NCBI GenBank assembly: GCA_963920595.1
Contig: OY986946.1
Location: 9,052,001 to 9,116,000 of the forward strand
DNA length: 64,000 nucleotides
Source of the DNA: Eimeria praecox
Lineage: Eukaryota
Direction: 5' to 3'
The position numbers and the translations under genes are program-made. Below the pieces are notes generated by a model, which saw only the letters and a program-made list of their open reading frames with translations, made no database searches and was not told the DNA's origin. Of the stretch, positions 12,901-24,900 are shown one piece after another (within the stretch, counting starts at the first letter, position 1; each line of letters opens with the position of its first letter).

Positions 12901-15900
12901 GAGGGGGACAAGTGTCCGAACCAGGAATTGAACCTGGGTTTACACGGCCACAACGTGTTGTCCTAACCTCTAGACGATTCGGACCAGTGGCCCACCAGCA
13001 CAGCCCAAGCTGCGTGGCGCCACAAGCAAGCAGTCCGCTGCGGCGAGTAGGGCCAGGCGTGGATTGCACACAGTAGATCGAGAGGGCTGTTGTACGGAGG
13101 CAAGCAGACGTGAGACGGTGTGTGTTGAAGACGCACTTGGCAACAGCATGCGTGCAAGGATGGGGTCCAACTGTACTCGGGAAGATGGCAAGGTGTCTGG
13201 AAAACGTGTGTGGTGAGGGGTGTGACTGTTGGTCCGAATCGTCTAGAGGTTAGGACAACACGTTGTGGCCGTGTAAACCCAGGTTCAATTCCTGGTTCGG
13301 ACACATTGGCGCGAGGCGAAACCGTTTTTTGCATTCCTCCTTGTCTCACTGGTGTGTGCAGTGTGGGCCAAACCACTGGCCGGTCCAGACCACTGCGCTC
13401 GACGTCAAGAGGTGCAGTCTTATGCAGACAGGCGTCTCTGGCATTGTTTCTTTTGCACCGATTGTAATGGCGATAGGTTTGACGAGATTGTGCATTGGAT
13501 TGGTTGTGATGGCTTTAGTGGAAATTGTGTGAGGCTTAGAGGGGACAGCGGAGTTTTGTGTGCATGGCTTGCTGGTGCACTTGGGAGAGGGTAGTGGGGG
13601 GGCTTTGAAGAGGCGAAGAGTACCGAATCTGCTTTATTTGCATGCTTTGTGTATGGGTATGTTTCACACATGTGTATAAGGTATGTATTGAGGGATGTGG
13701 GAATGCGTTTTAGTGTTAGTAGGTTTTAAGTTGGTGTGGTAAGAGACAGAACGTTGCAGAGGGAGGGGGACAAGTGTCCGAACCAGGAATTGAACCTGGG
13801 TTTACACGGCCACAACGTGTTGTCCTAACCTCTAGACGATTCGGACCAGTGGCCCACCAGCACAGCCCAAGCTGCGTGGCGCCACAAGCAAGCAGTCCGC
13901 TGCGGCGAGTAGGGCCAGGCGTGGATTGCACACAGTAGACGGAGAGGGCTGTTGTACGGAGGCAAACAGACGTGAGACGGTGTGTGTTGAAGACGCATTT
14001 GGCAACAGCATGCGTGCAAGGATGGGGTCCAACTGTACTCGGGAAGATAGCAAGGTGTCTCGAAGGCGTGTGTGGTGAGGGGTGTGACTGTTGGTCCGAA
14101 TCGTCTAGAGGTTAGGACAACACGTTGTGGCCGTGTAAACCCAGGTTCAATTCCTGGTTCGGACACATTGGCGCGAGGCGAAACCGTTTTTTGCATTCCT
14201 CCTTGTCTCACTGGTGTGTGCAGTGTGGGCCAAACCACTGGCCGGTCCAGACCACTGCGCTCGACGTCAAGAGGTGCAGTCTTATGCAGACAGGCGTCTC
14301 TGGCATTGTTTCTTTTGCACCGATTGTAATGGCGATAGGTTTGACGAGATTGTGCATTGGATTGGTTGTGATGGCTTTAGTGGAATTTGTGTGAGGCTTA
14401 GAGGGGACAGCGGAGTTTTGTGTGCATGGCTTGCTGGTGCACTTGGGAGAGGGTAGTGGGGGGGCTTTGAAGAGGCGAAGAGTACCGAATCTGCTTTATT
14501 TGCATGCTTTGTGTATGGGTATGTTTCACACATGTGTATAAGGTATGTATTGAGGGATGTGGGAATGCGTTTTAGTGTTAGTAGGTTTTACGTTGGTGTG
14601 GTTAGAGACAGAACGTTGCAGAGGGAGGGGGACAAGTGTCCGAACCAGGAATTGAACCTGGGTTTACACGGCCACAACGTGTTGTCCTAACCTCTAGACG
14701 ATTCGAACCAGTGGCCCACCAGCACAGCCCAAGCTGCGTGGCGCCACAAGCAAGCAGTCCGCTGCGGCGAGTAGGGCCAGGCGTGGATTGCACACAGTAG
14801 ACGGAGAGGGCTGTTGTACGGAGGCAAGCAGACGTGAGACGGTGTGTGTTGAAGACGCATTTGGCAACAGCATGCGTGCAAGGATGGGGTCCAACTGTAC
14901 TCGGGAAGATAGCAAGGTGTCTGGAAGGCGTGTGTGGTGAGGGGTGTGACTGTTGGTCCGAATCGTCTAGAGGTTAGGACAACACGTTGTGGCCGTGTAA
15001 ACCCAGGTTCAATTCCTGGTTCGGACACATTGGCGCGAGGCGAAACCGTTTTTTGCATTCCTCCTTGTCTCACTGGTGTGTGCAGTGTGGGCCAAACCAC
15101 TGGCCGGTCCAGACCACTGCGCTCGACGTCAAGAGGTGCAGTCTTATGCAGACAGGCGTCTCTGGCATTGTTTCTTTTGCACCGATTGTAATGGCGATAG
15201 GTTTGACGAGATTGTGCATTGGATTGGTTGTGATGGCTTTAGTGGAATTTGTGTGAGGCTTAGAGGGGACAGCGGAGTTTTGTGTGCATGGCTTGCTGGT
15301 GCACTTGGGAGAGGGTAGTGGGGGGGCTTTGAAGAGGCGAAGAGTACCGAATCTGCTTTATTTGCATGCTTTGTGTATGGGTATGTTTCACACATGTGTA
15401 TAAGGTATGTATTGAGGGATGTGGGAATGCGTTTTAGTGTTAGTAGGTTTTACGTTGGTGTGGTAAGAGACAGAACGTTGCAGAGGGAGGGGGACAAGTG
15501 TCCGAACCAGGAATTGAACCTGGGTTTACACGGCCACAACGTGTTGTCCTAACCTCTAGACGATTCGGACCAGTGGCCCACCAGCACAGCCCAAGCTGCG
15601 TGGCGCCACAAGCAAGCAGTCCGCTGCGGCGAGTAGGGCCAGGCGTGGATTGCACACAGTAGACGGAGAGGGCTGTTGTACGGAGGCAAACAGACGTGAG
15701 ACGGTGTGTGTTGAAGACGCATTTGGCAACAGCATGCGTGCAAGGATGGGGTCCAACTGTACTCGGGAAGATAGCAAGGTGTCTGGAAGGCGTGTGTGGT
15801 GAGGGGTGTGACCGTTGGTCCGAATCGTCTAGAGGTTAGGACAACACGTTGTGGCCGTGTAAACCCAGGTTCAATTCCTGGTTCGGACACATTGGCGAGA

Positions 15901-18900
15901 GGGGAAACAGTTTTTTGCATTCCTCCTTGTCTCACTGGTGTGTGCAGTGTGGGCCCAACCACTGGCCGGTCCAGACCACTGCGCTCGACGTCAAGAGGTG
16001 CAGTCTTATGCAGACAGGCGTCTCTGGCATTGTTTCTTTTGCACCGATTGTAATGGCGATAGGTTTGACGAGATTGTGCATTGGATTGGTTGTGATGGCT
16101 TTAGTGGAAATTGTGTGAGGCTTAGAGGGGACAGCGGAGTTTTGTGTGCATGGCTTGCTGGTGCACTTGGGAGAGGGTAGTGGGGGGGCTTTGAAGAGGC
16201 GAAGAGTACCGAATCTGCTTTATTTGCATGCTTTGTGTATGGGTATGTTTCACACATGTGTATAAGGTATGTATTGAGGGATGTGGGAATGCGTTTTAGT
16301 GTTAGTAGGTTTTAAGTTGGTGTGGTAAGAGACAGAACGTTGCAGAGGGAGGGGGACAAGTGTCCGAACCAGGAATTGAACCTGGGTTTACACGGCCACA
16401 ACGTGCTGTCCTAACCTCTAGACGATTCGGACCAGTGGCCCACCAGCACAGCCCAAGCTGCGTGGCGCCACAAGCAAGCAGTCCGCTGCGGCGAGTAGGG
16501 CCAGGCGTGGATTGCACACAGTAGACGGAGAGGGTTGTTGTACGGAGGCAAGCAGACGTGAGACGGTGTGTGTTGAAGACGCACTTGGCAACAGCATGCG
16601 TGCAAGGATGGGGTCCAACTGTACTCGGGAAGATGGCAAGGTGTCTGGAAAACGTGTGTGGTGAGGGGTGTGACTGTTGGTCCGAATCGTCTAGAGGTTA
16701 GGACAACACGTTGTGGCCGTGTAAACCCAGGTTCAATTCCTGGTTCGGACACATTGGCGCGAGGCGAAACCGTTTTTTGCATTCCTCCTTGTCTCACTGG
16801 TGTGTGCAGTGTGGGCCAAACCACTGGCCGGTCCAGACCACTGCGCTCGACGTCAAGAGGTGCAGTCTTATGCAGACAGGCGTCTCTGGCATTGTTTCTT
16901 TTGCACCGATTGTAATGGCGATAGGTTTGACGAGATTGTGCATTGGATTGGTTGTGATGGCTTTAGTGGAATTTGTGTGAGGCTTAGAGGGGACAGCGGA
17001 GTTTTGTGTGCATGGCTTGCTGGTGCACTTGGGAGAGGGTAGTGGGGGGGCTTTGAAGAGGCGAAGAGTACCGAATCTGCTTTATTTGCATGCTTTGTGT
17101 ATGGGTATGTTTCACACATGTGTATAAGGTATGTATTGAGGGATGTGGGAATGCGTTTTAGTGTTAGTAGGTTTTAAGTTGGTGTGGTAAGAGACAGAAC
17201 GTTGCAGAGGGAGGGGGACAAGTGTCCGAACCAGGAATTGAACCTGGGTTTACACGGCCACAACGTGTTGTCCTAACCTCTAGACGATTCGGACCAGTGG
17301 CCCACCAGCACAGCCCAAGCTGCGTGGCGCCACAAGCAAGCAGTCCGCTGCGGCGAGTAGGGCCAGGCGTGGATTGCACACAGTAGACGGAGAGGGCTGT
17401 TGTACGGAGGCAAACAGACGTGAGACGGTGTGTGTTGAAGACGCATTTGGCAACAGCATGCGTGCAAGGATGGGGTCCAACTGTACTCGGGAAGATAGCA
17501 AGGTGTCTCGAAGGCGTGTGTGGTGAGGGGTGTGACTGTTGGTCCGAATCGTCTAGAGGTTAGGACAACACGTTGTGGCCGTGTAAACCCAGGTTCAATT
17601 CCTGGTTCGGACACATTGGCGCGAGGCGAAACCGTTTTTTGCATTCCTCCTTGTCTCACTGGTGTGTGCAGTGTGGGCCAAACCACTGGCCGGTCCAGAC
17701 CACTGCGCTCGACGTCAAGAGGTGCAGTCTTATGCAGACAGGCGTCTCTGGCATTGTTTCTTTTGCACCGATTGTAATGGCTATAGGTTTGACGAGATTG
17801 TGCATTGGATTGGTTGTGATGGCTTTAGTGGAATTTGTGTGAGGCTTAGAGGGGACAGCGGAGTTTTGTGTGCATGGCTTGCTGGTGCACTTGGGAGAGG
17901 GTAGTGGGGGGGCTTTGAAGAGGCGAAGAGTACCGAATCTGCTTTATTTGCATGCTTTGTGTATGGGTATGTTTCACACATGTGTATAAGGTATGTATTG
18001 AGGGATGTGGGAATGCGTTTTAGTGTTAGTAGGTTTTACGTTGGTGTGGTAAGAGACAGAACGTTGCAGAGGGAGGGGGACAAGTGTCCGAACCAGGAAT
18101 TGAACCTGGGTTTACACGGCCACAACGTGTTGTCCTAACCTCTAGACGATTCGGACCAGTGGCCCACCAGCACAGCCCAAGCTGCGTGGCGCCACAAGCA
18201 AGCAGTCCGCTGCGGCGAGTAGGGCCAGGCGTGGATTGCACACAGTAGACGGAGAGGGCTGTTGTACGGAGGCAAACAGACGTGAGACGGTGTGTGTTGA
18301 AGACGCATTTGGCAACAGCATGCGTGCAAGGATGGGGTCCAACTGTACTCGGGAAGATAGCAAGGTGTCTGGAAGGCGTGTGTGGTGAGGGGTGTGACTG
18401 TTGGTCCGAATCGTCTAGAGGTTAGGACAACACGTTGTGGCCGTGTAAACCCAGGTTCAATTCCTGGTTCGGACACATTGGCGAGAGGGGAAACCGTTTT
18501 TTGCATTCCTCCTTGTCTCACTGGTGTGTGCAGTGTGGGCCAAACCACTGGCCGGTCCAGACCACTGCGCTCGACGTCAAGAGGTGCAGTCTTATGCAGA
18601 CAGGCGTCTCTGGCATTGTTTCTTTTGCACCGATTGTAATGGCGATAGGTTTGACAAGATTGTGCATTGGATTGGTTGTGATGGCTTTAGTGGAATTTGT
18701 GTGAGGCTTAGAGGGGACAGCGGAGTTTTGTGTGCATGGCTTGCTGGTGCACTTGGGAGAGGGTAGTGGGGGGGCTTTGAAGAGGCGAAGAGTACCGAAT
18801 CTGCTTTATTTGCATGCTTTGTGTATGGGTATGTTTCACACATGTGTATAAGGTATGTATTGAGGGATGTGGGAATGCGTTTTAGTGTTAGTAGGTTTTA

Positions 18901-21900
18901 AGTTGGTGTGGTAAGAGACAGAACGTTGCAGAGGGAGGGGGACAAGTGTCCGAACCAGGAATTGAACCTGGGTTTACACGGCCACAACGTGTTGTCCTAA
19001 CCTCTAGACGATTCGGACCAGTGGCCCACCAGCACAGCCCAAGCTGCGTGGCGCCACAAGCAAGCAGTCCGCTGCGGCGAGTAGGGCCAGGCGTGGATTG
19101 CACACAGTAGACGGAGAGGGCTGTTGTACGGAGGCAAACAGACGTGAGACGGTGTGTGTTGAAGACGCATTTGGCAACAGCATGCGTGCAAGGATGGGGT
19201 CCAACTGTACTCGGGAAGATAGCAAGGTGTCTCGAAGGCGTGTGTGGTGAGGGGTGTGACCGTTGGTCCGAATCGTCTAGAGGTTAGGACAACACGTTGT
19301 GGCCGTGTAAACCCAGGTTCAATTCCTGGTTCGGACACATTGGCGAGAGGGGAAACAGTTTTTTGCATTCCTCCTTGTCTCACTGGTGTGTGCAGTGTGG
19401 GCCGAACCACTGGCCGGTCCAGACCACTGCGCTCGACGTCAAGAGGTGCAGTCTTATGCAGACAGGCGTCTCTGGCATTGTTTCTTTTGCACCGATTGTA
19501 ATGGCGATAGGTTTGACGAGATTGTGCATTGGATTGGTTGTGATGGCTTTAGTGGAATTTGTGTGAGGCTTAGAGGGGACAGCGGAGTTTTGTGTGCATG
19601 GCTTGCTGGTGCACTTGGGAGAGGGTAGTGGGGGGGCTTTGAAGAGGCGAAGAGTACCGAATCTGCTTTATTTGCATGCTTTGTGTATGGGTATGTTTCA
19701 CACATGTGTATAAGGTATGTATTGAGGGATGTGGGAATGCGTTTTAGTGTTAGTAGGTTTTAAGTTGGTGTGGTAAGAGACAGAACGTTGCAGAGGGAGG
19801 GGGACAAGTGTCCGAACCAGGAATTGAACCTGGGTTTACACGGCCACAACGTGTTGTCCTAACCTCTAGACGATTCGAACCAGTGGCCCACCAGCACAGC
19901 CCAAGCTGCGTGGCGCCACAAGCAAGCAGTCCGCTGCGGCGAGTAGGGCCAGGCGTGGATTGCACACAGTAGATCGAGAGGGCTGTTGTACGGAGGCAAG
20001 CAGACGTGAGACGGTGTGTGTTGAAGACGCACTTGCGGACAGCATGCGTGCAAGGATGGGGTCCAACTGTACTCGGGAAGATGGCAAGGTGTCTGGAAAA
20101 CGTGTGTGGTGAGGGGTGTGACTGTTGGTCCGAATCGTCTAGAGGTTAGGACAACACGTTGTGGCCGTGTAAACCCAGGTTCAATTCCTGGTTCGGACAC
20201 ATTGGCGCGAGGCGAAACCGTTTTTTGCATTCCTCCTTGTCTCACTGGTGTGTGCAGTGTGGGCCAAACCACTGGCCGGTCCAGACCACTGCGCTCGACG
20301 TCAAGAGGTGCAGTCTTATGCAGACAGGCGTCTCTGGCATTGTTTCTTTTGCACCGATTGTAATGGCGATAGGTTTGACGAGATTGTGCATTGGATTGGT
20401 TGTGATGGCTTTAGTGGAATTTGTGTGAGGCTTAGAGGGGACAGCGGAGTTTTGTGTGCATGGCTTGCTGGTGCACTTGGGAGAGGGTAGTGGGGGGGCT
20501 TTGAAGAGGCGAAGAGTACCGAATCTGCTTTATTTGCATGCTTTGTGTATGGGTATGTTTCACACATGTGTATAAGGTATGTATTGAGGGATGTGGGAAT
20601 GCGTTTTAGTGTTAGTAGGTTTTAAGTTGGTGTGGTAAGAGACAGAACGTTGCAGAGGGAGGGGGACAAGTGTCCGAACCAGGAATTGAACCTGGGTTTA
20701 CACGGCCACAACGTGTTGTCCTAACCTCTAGACGATTCGAACCAGTGGCCCACCAGCACAGCCCAAGCTGCGTGGCGCCACAAGCAAGCAGTCCGCTGCG
20801 GCGAGTAGGGCCAGGCGTGGATTGCACACAGTAGATCGAGAGGGCTGTTGTACGGAGGCAAACAGACGTGAGACGGTGTGTGTTGAAGACGCATTTGGCA
20901 ACAGCATGCGTGCAAGGATGGGGTCCAACTGTACTCGGGAAGATAGCAAGGTGTCTGGAAGGCGTGTGTGGTGAGGGGTGTGACCGTTGGTCCGAATCGT
21001 CTAGAGGTTAGGACAACACGTTGTGGCCGTGTAAACCCAGGTTCAATTCCTGGTTCGGACACATTGGCGAGAGGGGAAACAGTTTTTTGCATTCCTCCTT
21101 GTCTCACTGGTGTGTGCAGTGTGGGCCAAACCACTGGCCGGTCCAGACCACTGCGCTCGACGTCAAGAGGTGCAGTCTTATGCAGACAGGCGTCTCTGGC
21201 ATTGTTTCTTTTGCACCGATTGTAATGGCGATAGGTTTGACGAGATTGTGCATTGGATTGGTTGTGATGGCTTTAGTGGAATTTGTGTGAGGCTTAGAGG
21301 GGAGAGCGGAGTTTTGTGTGCATGGCTTGCTGGTGCACTTGGGAGAGGGTAGTGGGGGGGCTTTGAAGAGGCGAAGAGTACCGAATCTGCTTTATTTGCA
21401 TGCTTTGTGTATGGGTATGTTTCACACATGTGTATAAGGTATGTATTGAGGGATGTGGGAATGCGTTTTAGTGTTAGTAGGTTTTAAGTTGGTGTGGTAA
21501 GAGACAGAACGTTGCAGAGGGAGGGGGACAAGTGTCCGAACCAGGAATTGAACCTGGGTTTACACGGCCACAACGTGCTGTCCTAACCTCTAGACGATTC
21601 GGACCAGTGGCCCACCAGCACAGCCCAAGCTGCGTGGCGCCACAAGCAAGCAGTCCGCTGCGGCGAGTAGGGCCAGGCGTGGATTGCACACAGTAGACGG
21701 AGAGGGCTGTTGTACGGAGGCAAACAGACGTGAGACGGTGTGTGTTGAAGACGCATTTGGCAACAGCATGCGTGCAAGGATGGGGTCCAACTGTACTCGG
21801 GAAGATAGCAAGGTGTCTGGAAGGCGTGTGTGGTGAGGGGTGTGACCGTTGGTCCGAATCGTCTAGAGGTTAGGACAACACGTTGTGGCCGTGTAAACCC

Positions 21901-24900
21901 AGGTTCAATTCCTGGTTCGGACACATTGGCGAGAGGGGAAACAGTTTTTTGCATTCCTCCTTGTCTCACTGGTGTGTGCAGTGTGGGCCCAACCACTGGC
22001 CGGTCCAGACCACTGCGCTCGACGTCAAGAGGTGCAGTCTTATGCAGACAGGCGTCTCTGGCATTGTTTCTTTTGCACCGATTGTAATGGCGATAGGTTT
22101 GACGAGATTGTGCATTGGATTGGTTGTGATGGCTTTAGTGGAATTTGTGTGAGGCTTAGAGGGGACAGCGGAGTTTTGTGTGCATGGCTTGCTGGTGCAC
22201 TTGGGAGAGGGTAGTGGGGGGGCTTTGAAGAGGCGAAGAGTACCGAATCTGCTTTATTTGCATGCTTTGTGTATGGGTATGTTTCACACATGTGTATAAG
22301 GTATGTATTGAGGGATGTGGGAATGCGTTTTAGTGTTAGTAGGTTTTAAGTTGGTGTGGTAAGAGACAGAACGTTGCAGAGGGAGGGGGACAAGTGTCCG
22401 AACCAGGAATTGAACCTGGGTTTACACGGCCACAACGTGTTGTCCTAACCTCTAGACGATTCGAACCAGTGGCCCACCAGCACAGCCCAAGCTGCGTGGC
22501 GCCACAAGCAAGCAGTCCGCTGCGGCGAGTAGGGCCAGGCGTGGATTGCACACAGTAGATCGAGAGGGCTGTTGTACGGAGGCAAACAGACGTGAGACGG
22601 TGTGTGTTGAAGACGCATTTGGCAACAGCATGCGTGCAAGGATGGGGTCCAACTGTACTCGGGAAGATAGCAAGGTGTCTGGAAGGCGTGTGTGGTGAGG
22701 GGTGTGACCGTTGGTCCGAATCGTCTAGAGGTTAGGACAACACGTTGTGGCCGTGTAAACCCAGGTTCAATTCCTGGTTCGGACACATTGGCGAGAGGGG
22801 AAACAGTTTTTTGCATTCCTCCTTGTCTCACTGGTGTGTGCAGTGTGGGCCAAACCACTGGCCGGTCCAGACCACTGCGCTCGACGTCAAGAGGTGCAGT
22901 CTTATGCAGACAGGCGTCTCTGGCATTGTTTCTTTTGCACCGATTGTAATGGCGATAGGTTTGACGAGATTGTGCATTGGATTGGTTGTGATGGCTTTAG
23001 TGGAATTTGTGTGAGGCTTAGAGGGGAGAGCGGAGTTTTGTGTGCATGGCTTGCTGGTGCACTTGGGAGAGGGTAGTGGGGGGGCTTTGAAGAGGCGAAG
23101 AGTACCGAATCTGCTTTATTTGCATGCTTTGTGTATGGGTATGTTTCACACATGTGTATAAGGTATGTATTGAGGGATGTGGGAATGCGTTTTAGTGTTA
23201 GTAGGTTTTAAGTTGGTGTGGTAAGAGACAGAACGTTGCAGAGGGAGGGGGACAAGTGTCCGAACCAGGAATTGAACCTGGGTTTACACGGCCACAACGT
23301 GCTGTCCTAACCTCTAGACGATTCGGACCAGTGGCCCACCAGCACAGCCCAAGCTGCGTGGCGCCACAAGCAAGCAGTCCGCTGCGGCGAGTAGGGCCAG
23401 GCGTGGATTGCACACAGTAGACGGAGAGGGCTGTTGTACGGAGGCAAACAGACGTGAGACGGTGTGTGTTGAAGACGCATTTGGCAACAGCATGCGTGCA
23501 AGGATGGGGTCCAACTGTACTCGGGAAGATAGCAAGGTGTCTGGAAGGCGTGTGTGGTGAGGGGTGTGACCGTTGGTCCGAATCGTCTAGAGGTTAGGAC
23601 AACACGTTGTGGCCGTGTAAACCCAGGTTCAATTCCTGGTTCGGACACATTGGCGAGAGGGGAAACAGTTTTTTGCATTCCTCCTTGTCTCACTGGTGTG
23701 TGCAGTGTGGGCCCAACCACTGGCCGGTCCAGACCACTGCGCTCGACGTCAAGAGGTGCAGTCTTATGCAGACAGGCGTCTCTGGCATTGTTTCTTTTGC
23801 ACCGATTGTAATGGCGATAGGTTTGACGAGATTGTGCATTGGATTGGTTGTGATGGCTTTAGTGGAAATTGTGTGAGGCTTAGAGGGGACAGCGGAGTTT
23901 TGTGTGCATGGCTTGCTGGTGCACTTGGGAGAGGGTAGTGGGGGGGCTTTGAAGAGGCGAAGAGTACCGAATCTGCTTTATTTGCATGCTTTGTGTATGG
24001 GTATGTTTCACACATGTGTATAAGGTATGTATTGAGGGATGTGGGAATGCGTTTTAGTGTTAGTAGGTTTTAAGTTGGTGTGGTAAGAGACAGAACGTTG
24101 CAGAGGGAGGGGGACAAGTGTCCGAACCAGGAATTGAACCTGGGTTTACACGGCCACAACGTGTTGTCCTAACCTCTAGACGATTCGGACCAGTGGCCCA
24201 CCAGCACAGCCCAAGCTGCGTGGCGCCACAAGCAAGCAGTCCGCTGCGGCGAGTAGGGCCAGGCGTGGATTGCACACAGTAGACGGAGAGGGCTGTTGTA
24301 CGGAGGCAAACAGACGTGAGACGGTGTGTGTTGAAGACGCATTTGGCAACAGCATGCGTGCAAGGATGGGGTCCAACTGTACTCGGGAAGATAGCAAGGT
24401 GTCTGGAAGGCGTGTGTGGTGAGGGGTGTGACCGTTGGTCCGAATCGTCTAGAGGTTAGGACAACACGTTGTGGCCGTGTAAACCCAGGTTCAATTCCTG
24501 GTTCGGACACATTGGCGCGAGGCGAAACCGTTTTTTGCATTCCTCCTTGTCTCACTGGTGTGTGCAGTGTGGGCCAAACCACTGGCCGGTCCAGACCACT
24601 GCGCTCGACGTCAAGAGGTGCAGTCTTATGCAGACAGGCGTCTCTGGCATTGTTTCTTTTGCACCGATTGTAATGGCGATAGGTTTGACGAGATTGTGCA
24701 TTGGATTGGTTGTGATGGCTTTAGTGGAATTTGTGTGAGGCTTAGAGGGGACAGCGGAGTTTTGTGTGCATGGCTTGCTGGTGCACTTGGGAGAGGGTAG
24801 TGGGGGGGCTTTGAAGAGGCGAAGAGTACCGAATCTGCTTTATTTGCATGCTTTGTGTATGGGTATGTTTCACACATGTGTATAAGGTATGTATTGAGGG